A model generated the notes under the pieces. It did not search any database and was not told where the DNA came from. It was given only the letters and a program-made list of their open reading frames with translations. A stretch of 64,000 nt of DNA, taken from the NCBI RefSeq assembly GCF_006345805.1, contig NC_042999.1:165850001-165914000 (forward strand). The letters run 5' to 3'. Within the stretch, counting starts at the first letter, position 1, and the number at the start of each line of letters is the position of its first letter. Origin of the DNA: Octopus sinensis (Eukaryota). Below are positions 38,061-52,180 of this stretch, piece by piece. Made by a program: the position numbers and the translations under genes.

Positions 38061-41000
38061 TGATCTAAACCCACCACCACACATCTGTCCCTCCCTTTCT
38101 CTACTCCCTACACACCTTCTTTACACTGTTATACTCAATACCCACACCACATACATTATGCCCTTGCAGCATATACATATACCTGTACTCGCATGCACAC
38201 ACATTCCTTTCCACTCCACACACACACACACACCACCATCCACACTCTCACTAAAGAGCCAGAAATGCACATCTGAAAAGCCACTGGAGGGAAATACTGG
38301 GAAGTTAAAATATGTCACAAACATGCATACATGCACAGAAGTTTATAAGTATCTGTGTGTGTGTGTGTATTTTCTATTTTGCACTTTGGCATGGAGCATA
38401 GCAATGTTGCTTCTTAATAAGATTTTGCAGATTCAGTATTTTCTTGGAACACCCAGATAATAATGAAGTGTTCCTCATAATTGGAAAAAGACAGAAGACA
38501 AATAATCAAGCTGAAGAATATTCAAATATTTTCTGCAACATAAAATAATATCAAGGTGTATGAAAAATGTCACAGCCTTGAAGACACAGTATTTAGATTT
38601 GCTTGTATTATTTATAGCTTCATGTATGTGCTTCGAGATATATTATTCCCAAAACAAAAAATTATTTATTTCAGGTTCTCTCAAAAGTTCATAAAATTCT
38701 TATGACATCAAGAAAAAATAGATGTTGCAAAGGAGAAGTGTAGACTGTCTCAACCAAATCAGAGGACCCTTGTTGAACAAGGGACTTTTCTGACTCCAAG
38801 ATTCCTCTCTGTCTTCTTTACTCATTTGTCTAAACATCCTTCATCTTGTGGACATCATAAGAATTTAGAAACTTCAAGAGAATGTCAGATAATTTGTTTT
38901 TCACAATTGAACTTGAAGTAGAAAAGTTATAACTATTATCATCCGTTTTCCATGCTGGCATGGATTGGATGGTTTGACAGGAGTTGGCAAGCCAGAAAAC
39001 TCTACCAGATTTCACTGTCTGTTTGGGCATGATTTTTACAGTTGAATACTCTTCATAACACCAACCACCTTACAGAAGGGACTGAGTGCTTTTTATATGG
39101 CACCATTGAGGTTTGTTTTGACATGGATTTTACAGCTGGATGCCCTCCCTAATGCCATGGGTTGAAGTGGTCAAAGGTTGCCTGTTGTAGAATGTCTGTT
39201 GTATTTACAGGAGATATGGATTGATGTTCTGCAGACAACTTTTTTTATCTAAAGGATTTTTTAAACCCAGTATTAAAACATTTATAGCTTTTTCACTTCA
39301 AGTTAAACCATTCAAAACAAATTATTCATCTTGTTTAGCTACAGTTAGAATGTCTTTTAATTCATCCAGTTATAACTATAATCAAAATATGTATCACATA
39401 GTCAGCCACCCTTTATTCATCTGTTGTGCAGACATTAAGGATGTCTGCACAATAGGGAGGTAAAGTATATATTCTATCTCCAGTAGAATTGACTGAAGTA
39501 ACAGGAAGAAAAATGAAGCTATACAGTAGAAAGAATATAATCTATTGAGAAATTATAGATCAACTGAAGTTTTGGAGTAGAGACCATTCCAGTTGCCAGG
39601 AAGGATGGTCACCATATGGAAAAGAGATACAAATTGAGAACTAAAATATTATCTAAGGGTTTGTATTAAATTCTTCAAGCTGAACTAACAGGTATGGAAT
39701 TTATGGGTAGACCTAGAACAAGATGGTTGGGTAATATCCATGGTCTCAATTGATCACTCTTGGGAATGCGGCCAGAAAGTGGAATGACAGTTGCTTCTGA
39801 TAGGACCCTATGGAGGAGGTGCCTGAGGACTCCACCCCCAATGACCCTTCCAGGAATGGTGGGCAGAGAAGTTGGATGCATAAAAATATTGTTATACAAA
39901 CTCAATTAGGATGGCAACTCATACAAATTACTGAGAAGTATGTAACAAAGATAACTGTTCTGTATAAAAATATTAATTCATAAAATTTCTCTATCAATTT
40001 TTATGCAGAAATTTTGTAGAAATGCTATTAAGGATAATAAATAAAATTCTTAGGTATGTAATTTATTTCTATGTTAATGTATGAAAGAACTTTGTAATGT
40101 GCTGTTTAGAATCATATATTGTGTATGTGAAATTTGTTCTGATAGACTGTACAAAATGAAATAAGCAATTATAGAATTTTCAGGAAGCGCCATATTGAGT
40201 TGTATTATTAACCTGTTGAAAATACCTCATAATATCCAAGTTATACAAAGAAGAAGAAAATTTCTAAAGGTGTTATATTAACTGTATGAAGAAAATAATC
40301 TGCTTTCAACTGAAGATTTATCTTGATAACTTGATTACTGCTTCCTAGCATAACATTGGAATCTTCTTATTCTACGACCTTCAGTTGTTTTTAAATTAAC
40401 TAATGTGGATTCTTCGTTGCATATATTTATGCTGGAATGTATATACGTGTGAATAATTCTATGAAGCATTAAGACTTTATCATCGCATAATTTCTTGAGT
40501 GAGTGAACCAGATTTTTGACCACATTCCCTTGTGACGCTACTCTTTAACCCATTTCGCAAAAACTGTTCCCTTTCCTAGAATACAAATCATAGTGTTTTA
40601 ATGTTTTCATATTTAAATTAAAACCTTAGTGTTAATGCCATTTCTCCTGATGATGAGGATTGGGCTGCAAGAGCTCCATGCCGGTGCCACGTAAAGAACA
40701 CTCATGTCAGCACCATGTAAAAGTGCTTGTATGAGTGTCATGTTAAAAGCATCCAGCAGACATTGTAAAGTGGTCGGCATTAGGAAGGGCATTCTGCCAT
40801 AGAAACCAAGCCAAATCAGGCTGGAACCTGGTACAGCTCACCTGTTTGTCAGCTCTGGTCAAACTGTCCAACTCCTGCCAGCATGGAAAACAGATGTTAA
40901 AGGACGATGATATTTATATGTAATGCTTGTTTTGTTATGTCCCAAATACCAAATTACAAAATCAGTCATTTTACTGAATCCCATCAAATTCTTGCTTGTT

Positions 41001-41833
41001 TTCAAAATTAATTAAAAATCAAAGACAATGTTTTTCATTAGAAATACGATCACGAAAGAAAAAACTCATGCTTGCACAGACATAGGTGCAGGTGTGAATG
41101 ACTATGTCGTTAGGAAGTTTACTTCACTTTTGCACAGGCTTAGTTCCAAGGGCTGGTGTCTTTTCAATAACATCAGCTTGATCTAACCCCTTGTAACATT
41201 GTTTTGAGATGAAACTTTGTGAAAGCTACTTGGATGGACTTTGCTTAGTCTTGGATAGTATAACAGCCTCTTCTCCTTGGAGCTAGCTGGGCTCAGACCA
41301 CCTCTGCTTAGGAAGTATTGGCCCACTTCCTCTCTTTCACTCATCACCCTTGTTGTGGGTCTGTGTGTTTCCAGGACCCTACATAAATTACTATACCTGG
41401 TCCCTTCTTCCCAGAACATTGGCCCTCTGGAATTCCCTCTCTGCTCATGTCTTTCCTGCAAATATTCCACTAGAGCATTAATGACATCAATCTCGCTAGT
41501 CTAGAAGAACATGGAAAGTCATGGGTATTGCCCCTCCTTCAAACTGTAAGTAACTGAAAAATGATTTAATCTGTCACCTGGGTTTAGCATCACCACCTGT
41601 CCTTTGGGTACTTTTACATGAGTCTAATCTGCTGCAAACATTCAGATTAGATCTTTGATCTAAAGATAATCTCTGAGTCATAATTTCACTCCATTTCTCA
41701 AGTCTCTGAAGGTCTGCTAAAGGTCATGGATTCTGCCTTCTTCTTCTGATTAAACTTTGAATATAGTGAAGGTAGGGGTGGAAAGAGAAAAAAAAACCTT
41801 TAAAAAATTTGTATATCGATTTGTTGTCTTTAG

Positions 41834-41958
41834 GGTGCTGTACCACGAGGGAACGCCACCAGAGAGAATTTAATGAAATTAGGTTTGAAAAAAGGAGAAG
41901 TGGTTTTCCAATGTCCAAAATGTCTAAGCATTAAACCAGATCGAGCCCATCATTGTAG
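41834..41958 (+). CDS. ZDHHC3: ZDHHC3/7-like exon (GAVPRGNAT...[16 protein letters not shown])
   Basis: ttgtctttag|GGT...TGT AG|gtaaga, 125 nt, phase 0 to phase 2. Encodes the first half of the DHHC cysteine-rich domain. Confidence 0.97.
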
Positions 41959-42521
41959 GTAAGACTGATTTTAAAGGTTTGCTGCCATCACCCTCCACAA
42001 TTAACTCTTGTCTTCTTTTACATTCTTTCGTTTATCTGCAGATGTTACATGTTATTTACTCCTACCTGCCTATCTCTCAGTCTGTATGTATGACTGTGGA
42101 AAGTGTTATCAAGCTAAGTTGAGCTGTGAAGCAAAAAATAGAATATTAAAATCAAAGTGCACATATATTCAGTAATTTGGAAGAATATGTTGAAAACTTC
42201 ATATATTTGTAGGGAGGCATTTCTGCATAGCTACATTTATAACTTTTTCTTTTCCTTTCAATGTATATCTATCTATCTATCTGTCTCTCTCTCTCTCTCT
42301 CTATCTATCTATATATCTCTTCTCCCCCCAATCCCCACTCTCTCTCTATGTTGATATAAGGTAAAATTCATTGTATATTTCTGAACTGAAAATTTTATTT
42401 AGTTTAGAAATTTAATGCCTTAAAGAGTTTTTTAATCTAACACCTGTGTGTGCTTGTTAATATAGTGAGTGCACAGGTGTGTTAATTCCTGCCTAAAACG
42501 TTTCTCTGTCAATTATTTCAG

Positions 42522-42618
42522 TGTTTGTCAACGATGTATACGAAAGATGGACCATCATTGTCCCTGGGTAAACAATTGTGTTGGAGAGAGCAACCAAAAG
42601 TTCTTCGTGTTATTTACT
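42522..42618 (+). CDS. ZDHHC3: ZDHHC3/7-like exon with the catalytic DHHC motif ([32 protein letters not shown])
   Basis: aattatttcag|T GTT...ACT|gtaagt, 97 nt, completes the AG|T Ser codon. GAC CAT CAT TGT at 42550-42561. Confidence 0.97.
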
Positions 42619-43706
42619 GTAAGTAATGAGAGGTGAACTGTTCTTCTCTACCTTGGTGAGTGGGGATTGTATGGGTATATGAAGGTGGGGAAGAGAATTT
42701 CAACAATCTGGCACATACTACACATGTATGTGTGGCTATCACACATGGTAGCATACGCATACAGTATACACACAAACACAGGTATATGAAAAAACATGTC
42801 TATTTTCACACTAGTAAGACAGACTACAGTCTTCTTTATCATCATCATTACATTTTCAGGTTTTCCCATATGAATTAGATAAGCACATATCTTACCTAGA
42901 GCTGGTTTAGATAGACAGGTGTCTAGCATTGGATTTTGTGTGTCCTATGTGATCTTCCTTGCTGTGCCTCTATTACACATAACCTTCTACAGCTGTTTCG
43001 TTGCACTAATTCCTAATGTGTTGTGATATTAACACAATAGTTTAAATTAGAAACATTTGTTACAAACGCAAAAAAAATTTCAGTTTAACATTTGTGTGAT
43101 GCGAATGTCGTTCCGTGCATTCAAAAAGAAAGAAAAGGAAATATAAAAACGAAGTCCTTTTTAAAACAAAAAGAAAAAGAAAAAAAGACCAAAAAAAAAT
43201 CAGATAGTCCATGCCATGAGAAAAGAAAAAGGGAAAAAAATAGCCTTTAAAAAGGGCAGCGGATGGGGAGAACAAGAGGGAACACTTGAAATGAGGAGAA
43301 CATTGATCTATTATCAGAAGAGGTTTGATTCATCATTAGTGAATGTATATTGAGCGTTAACTGGACTGTTACTGGTGATTATTTGTGTATATTCTATTCA
43401 CTTGATGTCCTTTCCTGGATATATGATAGTGTGGACATTCAAAACAGGCCAGCAATATTAATAATTGTCATTTCCTTGTGGAATAATATTTGTATTGTAT
43501 AATATTGTATATTTTGTACCTTAAGTGTTATTGTAGCTAATTTCCAAGTAGCATTTTAACTTTAATCTGTGCGTTAGTTTTTTTGTTTTTTTTAAATCCT
43601 GAACATAACACATTAAATCAGACCAAAAGTGTAGCATGTTTTTCAAGTCCCACAGTTTATTGAGTCTCCAGAACAACTGTGATTAGAATTGCTCAGATTA
43701 ACTAAC

Positions 43707-44411
43707 TTGACTGCATTGTCTGTTACATCTCTATATGTATCTGATGTGTAGCAGTTGCAGATGTCACTCATATGTAGACAGACATTTCTACAAGACTGAT
43801 ATCTGTCTCTATTACATCTCTATATATGTGATTGACTTGTCTCTGTTTAATCTCTACTTGTGACTGATTTCTATCTCTGTTACATACAGCCTTATATGTG
43901 ACCAATATTTGTCTGTTACATCCCTATGCATGTGACTAATATGTCTTTGTTATATCTCTACATATAATTGATAACTGCCTTTATTACATCTCTATGTATG
44001 TAACTGATATCTGTCCCTGTTACATCTCTACTTGTGACTATCTGTCCCTGTTACATCTCTACTTGTGACTGATATCTATCCCTGTTACATCTCTACTTGT
44101 GACTGATATCTATCCCTGTTACATCTCTACTTGTGACTGATTTCTGTCTCTGTTACATCTGTACATTTGACTGATATCTATCCCTGTTACATCTCTACTT
44201 GTGACTGATGTCTATCTCTGTTACATCTCTACTTGTGATTAATTTCTGTCTCGGTTACATCTGTACATGTGATTAATACCTGTCACATCTCTACATGTGA
44301 CTGATACCTGTCTCGGTTACATCTGTAGTACATGTGATTGATATCTGTCTCTGTCACATCTCTACATATATAACTGGTATCTCTCCTGATATTTGTCTCT
44401 GACATCTACAA
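43707..44411. repeat. 34-bp minisatellite, about 20 variably diverged units
   Basis: Unit gttacatctctacttgtgactgatatctatccct (e.g. starts at 44050 and 44084). Most homogeneous in the centre and decayed at the edges. Confidence 0.9.
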
Positions 44412-44461
44412 TATGCCTGGCTCAAATAAGCTAAATTTTCTGTACCCTGTCTCTCTTTCAG

Positions 44462-44543
44462 CTCTACATATGTTTGATGTCCCTTCATGCTGCAATGTTG
44501 TCCATCAATCATTTTGTTGTTTGTATTGGTAAAGACTGGAAAG
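44462..44543 (+). CDS. ZDHHC3: ZDHHC3/7-like exon, TM3 (LYICLMSLHAAMLSINHFVVCIGKDWK + G)
   Basis: ctctctttcag|CTC...AAA G|gtgagt, 82 nt, phase 0 to phase 1. Aligns to ZDHHC3 [27 protein letters not shown]. Confidence 0.93.
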
Positions 44544-47103
44544 GTGAGTTTAACCCCCCCCTCTCTCTCTCTCTCTCTCTACTCCCCCCTTTTTTTGCTA
44601 TATTCTTTTCATTCTTTTTTTCTTATTTGCCTCTCTCTGTATTTTGTTGTTTGTCTTGATGTTGTTGTTTTTAAATTTTGTTAAATAAGCTTGTTATTGT
44701 GGCAATTGCCTTGAGTTTAGAATGCTTCACTATTGACCATGGTGTCAGTGATGATGATGATGATGGTAATGGTAGCATTTAAGTTGGAATCACTCGCATG
44801 ACAACTTCTCTTGGTAATATCACAGTTTTCCCATTTCTCCATTTTCCATAAATTTGTGACTTTGCATCTATGTATACAAATTATTGGCTTTGTGTTTTTG
44901 TGGTTATGATTATTATTATTATTATTTCTATATGTTAATATGCTGTTGCAGGACTAGTTGAAAGGAGAGGCGAAAAGAGAGAAGAGCGTTAGTGGTGAGA
45001 GCTTGGAGAGAGAGACTGCTGTTAGGTTGTGTGGTTCAATAGTTATTTGAAGGAAGAAGTACAGAGGAAAAGAATGTTTAACACAAGAGATTGTGGCAAA
45101 GAGAGAGAAAGATGAATGACTAGATATATTGATAATTAAATAACTTTAATTAGCAAATAACTTTGGATGTTACTTCTTTATGTTTCAGTTCAAAGGCTGT
45201 GGCACTGCCATTATTCTGTTGTTGTTGTTGTTGTTGTTGTTTTTTTGTTATTTGATTTAAATGCTTATCCATTTTGATCCGAGTAGACAAATGCAAACAT
45301 CAACAGAAAGAAAAGTAGACTAACTTTCTGACTGGTAGATGGATGGATAGACAGGTTGACAAGCAGATAGACAGGTCAACAGATATATCAAGTATACAGT
45401 TAGAAAGATTAATAGCTATACAGGTAGACTGCTAAGTCTTGTTTTTTAAGATATCCATGTTAAGATTTGTTAAGACTTTACCAATGTACAGTATTGATTT
45501 TGTTCTATAGTTAACATTGTTGACTTCTTGACATAAATTGAATGATAACAGATGGCAACTCACAGACAACATAAGGTTTTAGCTTTCAACGATGTGATTT
45601 CTTAAAATTGCATCTACACTTCTACTTATGTGGACTTTTACCCTATCTCAAGAACGAAATGCTTCAGAAAAATATACAATTTTCAAAATGACTGGAATTT
45701 TCACTGGCACTGCTATTTGTCATTGTTGTTGCTGTTATTATTAAGGTGGCAAGCTGGCCACCTGGACGAAATGCACACTGGACGAAATGCTGAGTGGAAT
45801 TTTTCCCATAGCTATGTTCTGAGGTCGACTTTGCCCCTTCATCCTTTCGGGGTCGATAAATCAAATACTAGTGAAACAGTGGTGTTGATGTAATCAACTA
45901 ATCCCCTCCCCCAAAATTTCAGGCCTTGTACCTATAGTAAAAGGGATTATTATTATTACTACTACCAGTATCTGTGGAAATTCTATGATAAATATGAAAC
46001 CCTTTTAGGTGGTTGGAAGTTTATATAGAACCATAAAAATTAGTATTTCTTTTGAAATTGTATATTCTACATTATTTTCATTAAAAAAAAAAAAAAACCC
46101 TCATTTCTTCTGGATCAGGCTGTAATTGAAAGAGCCTGACTTTCCTAGTCTCTCAGCTGTTCAAAGGTTCATTTATAAATCTAAGAGCTTCACAATGATT
46201 ACAGAGAATAGTCATGTCACCAATGTTGTGACTCTTTCAACCATGTTTACAGTATTTTTGACATACTCTCTCAATTTCATTCTCTATTCTATCTTGAACA
46301 CATTTCTTTACATGTTGTCAATACTCACTGTATTCTCTTTCATTCATATTATCGTCTACTGTGCTTGACCAGTGATTTGGCCCTCTGCTCTTTACATTGT
46401 TGTCTATATAGTCTCATTCATTCTCTTGTTAGCTTACTTTGTCTTTCATCCGTATTCTGTAAACAAATACCAATTTTCAAGCAAGCAGATGAGGAACAGT
46501 TGCTTTAAGTGATAGGCTTAAAAAGAAATACACTTTTCACTCTCAACTTTCTGTCACCACCATCACCATCATCATCATCATTACCACTACCATCAGCACC
46601 ATTATAGTTTTCAGTAACAAAACTTTGCCAACCAAGAATATTTTTATTTCATTTCATTTCAGTTGTTTGTTTGTAACTACTTTTTTGGCAATACAAAGTT
46701 CGAATAACAAATAAATTGAAAAATAACATCTGCAGCTATTTTGCTGAGTTGTTTTACTTTCATTGGAAAATCTCTATCTATGATAAGTTATTTATCCTTC
46801 TTTCTACCATCAACCCATCAAAGTATTTGTCAGTGTGAATAGATAGATAAATAGATCGACTGATAGAAGATATTAAAAAAATTGATTAAAATGATATTTT
46901 CTTGTTGGTCACAATAATGTCTCATATGATGTTTAAATTTTCTCTCTGCTAAACACTTTATATTTATCTCTGTCTCTAACTTCAACAAACCTTTTACTCA
47001 TGTCCTTCCCCTCTTCATGTCATTATCATTTTTCTCTTTACTTCTCACTTCTGCTAACCACATGACAGCATAATACATTGGTGGTGGTAATGCCATTACT
47101 TTT

Positions 47104-47137
<34 letters not shown>

Positions 47138-48129
47138 TTCAACTCACCACAGAACATCACTCCTCTGCTCAACATTGTATTTTGCACTCTCTTTTTCTAT
47201 ATCTCTCCCCTCAACTAACTTTTTAGCCACATAACTATTCCCCCCCCCCTACCTCATGTCATTAACACTTCTCTTTCCCTCTTTTTCTCTTGATCTTTGT
47301 CTCTCCCTTCATAATGCATTTGACTTTATTATTATCATCAAAATCTTCCGAAATCGGCTTTGCCTTTCATCCTTTCGGAATTGATAAATTAAATACTGGG
47401 GTCAATGTAATCAATTAGTCTCCCCATCTCAAATTTCAGGCCTTGTTCCTTTAGTAGAAAGGATTATTATTACTATTTTTATTTACTATTGTATCGTTTC
47501 CAGTTTTATCCATAGAATGTGGAATATAAATCTGAGCCTCATGTCACAGTTTCTTTATTTCATCACTTCTTAAGTAACTCCTAATATTATCTGCAACTTA
47601 ATGTGTTTGAGGATTTTATAGCCAATCATCAGAAGACAAAGTTTCCTTAAAATACTGTTTCATAAAATATTGTTTCATAAGTTTGAAATAAGTTTAAAAT
47701 TCATATCTTGAAATTTGAGCCTTCCTTTAGTAGTTATCCCTAATGGCAGAAATGTCCACCTGGTGGTGCATGTTCGTGTGTGATTAGCTTAATGTCAAGC
47801 ATTATTTACATATCAGATATTGCTCACATCACTTAATCAGAATCAAAATCAAAGATGTGGCAAGAATAGGTGAACTCTAGTTTGAAGGTGATTACTTAAC
47901 TACTCCAGATCTACGGAAGGATTTGAACTCAGTATTGCAAGCTAACAAACCATTTATCTGATTTACAATCTTACCTCTGCTGGTAGTGGTGAGTTGTTCT
48001 TCTGATCCTGAGGTGCTTATTTATATACAACTATGTAGACTGGGCCTTTTTTTTTTAGTATCTTTACCTCAAAATCATGCAATTATCCATGATTTCCCCC
48101 AGACCACTTCAGGCTTGTTAATCTGAAAT

Positions 48130-49010
48130 AATGGTAGAAGTTTATCAAGGCTCAGTCTTTAGTCCATTCCTTTTCATCATTGTCCTCCAGGCCATAACAG
48201 GCCATGAGAACTGCTATATGCTGATGATCTTGCCCTCAGCAGATTCTATATAGAGAGAAATTCCAGGTGTGGAAGCAAAACCTGGAATTTAAGGGCCTTA
48301 AGGTTAACTTAGCAAAGGCTAAGATCCTAGTAAACAAGAAAACTGACAGGACCCTACCCACCTCAGGTAGGTGGACCTGTTTGGTTTGTGGGAAAGATGT
48401 AGACAGGAACTCCATATAGACACACAAGATGTAGACAGGAACTCCATATAGACACACAAGAGGTGCAGTGAATTAATAGGAAGATTATCAGGGAAGCTAA
48501 TATTTGTATGTGGAAGCTGCAAAGGATCCATAAAATCTTTAGAGGCTCAGGAAATTGATTCTCTCAGATGTCCTGGTAGCTCATTAGAGGTAGTAGATAA
48601 TTTCTTCTACCTTGGGAACCAAATTAGTAGTGAGGAGGATGCACAGAGAGTGTGATAGCAAGAATAGAAAGAGGAAACTTAGAGAGCTGTTACCTATCTT
48701 GGCCATGAAAGGTTTCTTTCTCCAAGTGAAAAGAAGACAGTATGATGCATGTGTACAGACAGCAATCCTACATGGTAGCGAGATGTGGGTCCTGGATGCA
48801 GAGGACATGCAAAGCTTAGAAAGGAATGAGGCTAGTATTCTCCACTGGATGTGTAATGTAAGTATACATGTTCAACAGATTGCTAGTTTGGTCATGTGGT
48901 GTGGATGGATGCCAACAGCTCCATAAAGAAGTGCCAATCTCTCAAAGTAGATGGAAGTGGGAGACCCAGGAAGACATGGGCTGAAGTACTGAAGAACAAC
49001 CTCAAGATGC
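48130..49010 (+). mobile_element. RTE-type LINE RT and 3' remnant
   Basis: QGSVFSPFLFIIVLQAI, then LLYADDLAL, then YDACVQTAILHGSEMW...LERNEASILHWMCNV and GRPRKTWAEV. Frameshifted, with an internal 31-bp tandem duplication near 48395-48460. Confidence 0.85.
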
Positions 49011-52010
49011 TGAACCTTTCAGATAATGAAAGGCCAAAAAGCCTGGCACCTTGCTGTACCAAGAAAACTCATACTTCACAGCAGAAGTGTTAAGACCAGT
49101 CCCTCTGGTGGTGTAAAGCACTCGTGGCAGCACCACATAAAAGTATTCATGCAGTGCCATATAAAAGCACCTATGTGGTGCCATGTAAAAGCACACATGC
49201 AGTGTCCTGTAAATGTGCCAGTGTGATGCCACCTGTGTGGTGCCATGTAAAAGCATTAGTGCAGTGTTACATAAAAGTGCTCATGTGGTGTCACATGAAA
49301 AGCATGTGAAAGCACCCAGCATACTCTGTACAGTGATTGGTGTTAGGGAGAGCATCCTGCCATAGAAACCCTGCCAAAGCAGACTGGGGTCTGGTGCAGC
49401 TCCCCAGCTTGCCAGCTCTGGTCAAACTGTCCAACCAATGCCAGCATGGACAAATGGATGTTAAATGATGATGAATCTTAAATGTGGATATCGCAACTAC
49501 CAATTCCCCTTTCATATACACAAGCACTAAATTAACTGGCTATCTATGGGGCACTGCCTGACAACTAAGTGTTTAATGAGTGCTTCTGGGAGTGGAATTC
49601 TCATTTCAATTACGCACGCACACACAAACAGACAGATGCACACACACACACACACACACACGACATACAGACTTGATTATAAGAATAAATACTTTGCTTT
49701 CAGAACAAAAATATTTCTTTTCCAAAAGCAATTACAGAGAGCTGTGAAAGTGAAAAGCAATCATGTTTAAAGCAATGTAATTACGCTATACAAGTACAGC
49801 TTAAATGAAGAGACTTGAAAATAAAATGACGCCACCTACGGAAATAAATACATAATGATATTCTATATCATCTCCAGACATAATTGTTTCTTTTAGCAGT
49901 TAAATGATTACAGACTGCTAAGTGAGATATGTTACAATTTTACTGTTTATGTACACACTCTAGGGAGTGAATTCACAGAATAATCAGATCAGTGCTCAAC
50001 TTACTTACTATAGTCTGAGTTTGATTTGTCAAAGTCAACTTTGTTTTTTTTTTACATTTTGGGGTCAGTAAACAAAATACCAGCTCAAGGCAGTAGATTA
50101 GTGGGATCACTAGAACATCATTTACATTATTTACAATTGACGGAATGAGAACCCAGGTCTGAAATTTCCCCAAGACACCTGGTGAAGGCTGGAGGGTATA
50201 TCAGTCGAAATGTGTTAACAACAAACAAGATGAGGACAAATATCCATCAATTGTAAATAATGTACATAATTCCTCATCTCTTAAATATAGAACTGCGTTA
50301 GAACATCATACAGAATATCTTGTGATGTTTATTCCTGTTCTGTTTGGTTTTGAGTTGAAGTCCTGCTTTCTGTCTCTGGAATTAACGACTCTTTAGATCA
50401 GTTGAAGATGGGAAACTCCAACCAGATACACACACACATTAATGTTTGTTTTATATGTCAAGTTATAATAAAAACAATTTTACATTAAACTGAAGGATTA
50501 CTTCATACATTTTGTAGAAAACATATTTAGTCTGATGAAGGCTAAGCAAGTCAAAACTTTGAAATCGCTGTCAACATTATTCCTGTAAAAGAATCGCTCC
50601 ATGACCCCCAACCCTCTTTCATTCGGTGACTATGGAACCTCACCACTCTTCTCTGTTCTCTCTCTCTCTTTTACATTTCTTTCCTCTACACCTTCCACTA
50701 ATCCCTTTTCTTTCTCCAGTTCAACCAATACCCACTCCCCAATAATCACTTCTTCTGCCCTACTACTTCTGCCTCACACAGCTATAAACTTATTCTTCCC
50801 ATCATACTTTACCATCTCTCATTTCCTTGTCTAAAATCATTATTCTGTCTTTCTCCCACTCTCTTTCAGTTGTAGGAGCCTCATGAGGCCCTTTAGTTTT
50901 GCAACTTGCAAGGTGATCTCACTAGTGCTGGTAACCTTGAAAAGAGCACTTAATAACCTCTGTAAAGTTGGTGGTGTTAGGAAGGGCATCCATTTGTAGA
51001 AATGCATGGCCAAGCATAAATCAGTCTTTCAACTATTTGGACCACGTTGAACTGTCTAGCTTGTGCTAGCATAGAAAATGGACATTAAATGATGATGATG
51101 ATGTGGGAGATAAACATATCTTTACGCAATATATGTGTGTCTTTTTTTTTCTTTAAGAGTTAATTTTGGCATTCTACCTTCTTGTTCATCATCCTTTAAA
51201 CTCTAAGACTGTCTTGCAGATTTTTATTATCCTAAATATCATGATGAGTTGTATGGTATGAATTAAGGGGTTGCATTCTTTCCCTTAGAATCCTAGTTCA
51301 GCCAAACTTTGGTACACATCCTTTTGTTCCAATAATAATAGGTATAAAACTGAAAATGTCTCTTGGGTACTGGATTTGCAAACTCCTTATCAACAGTCTA
51401 TACATGCTTTCCTTTGTATTTTTCTAACCACTTTGGTGTCCAGAGGGCAGATGATTTCTTCACGGAGCATATATTTTTCTTGTGGTCCTACACAATATCT
51501 GGCTTGTTGCTTTAATTAAGTTCAACCTATGTGTTGACCCATCAATTGCAATATTGTGTACTTAATCCATTGGTGCTTCTGTTCCAGACTTTTCTGACCA
51601 CCACATGATGCCCCATTGGAAGATAATATCTAGAAGACATTCTCTCTTAGTTGGCAGTAATGTGGTCGATATTCTTCAGTTTGTTTTGCACATCCCACAT
51701 GCGTATGTGTGTGACTGCGTATATGCTTGCATGTGGGATGTGCATCCATGTATTGATGTTCTCTAAGGTGCAGACAGTAAAATGAAAGTCAGCAGATGTT
51801 TTAATTTAGATAAGTTAAAATGCATGACCTATCTGTTTTCCAAAGAGGACAAATTGTTGGAAAGTGAATGGCTGGAGCTTTAGTCTCTAAGACTGCTGCA
51901 TTGTTTAATGCTTCAAGAAGTACAGTCTTTAAAATCATGTTGACATTCCAAAACGAAGGTAAAACCCAGCCCTGGCAAGCATAACACTTGACGGAAGTCA
52001 AAGTTCATTG

Positions 52011-52180
52011 AGAGGGAACGTATTGTATCTAAAAATCATCAAACTACAGTAACAACATTGACATCAGAGCTAAACCACCCCTCCCCCTTACCAACCCTGT
52101 GTCAACCAAGACTGTTCATCATGTGCTCCATAAAGCTGGATACTATCAGAGAGCTGCAATTGCTAAACCTCTCTTGCCCA
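52011..52180 (+). mobile_element. Tc1-like transposase HTH fragment
   Basis: RIVSKNHQTTVTTLTSELN...PVSTKTVHHVLHKAGYYQRAAIAKPLL. Confidence 0.7.

Noticed and set aside
40335-40523. CpG-containing 62-aa minus-strand ORF
   Set aside because: No recognisable family or splice context; possibly unidentifiable transposon debris.
43707-44411. CRISPR-like periodicity (34-bp unit)
   Set aside because: Units are directly adjacent with no unique spacers, there are no cas genes, and the context is a eukaryotic intron. It is a minisatellite.
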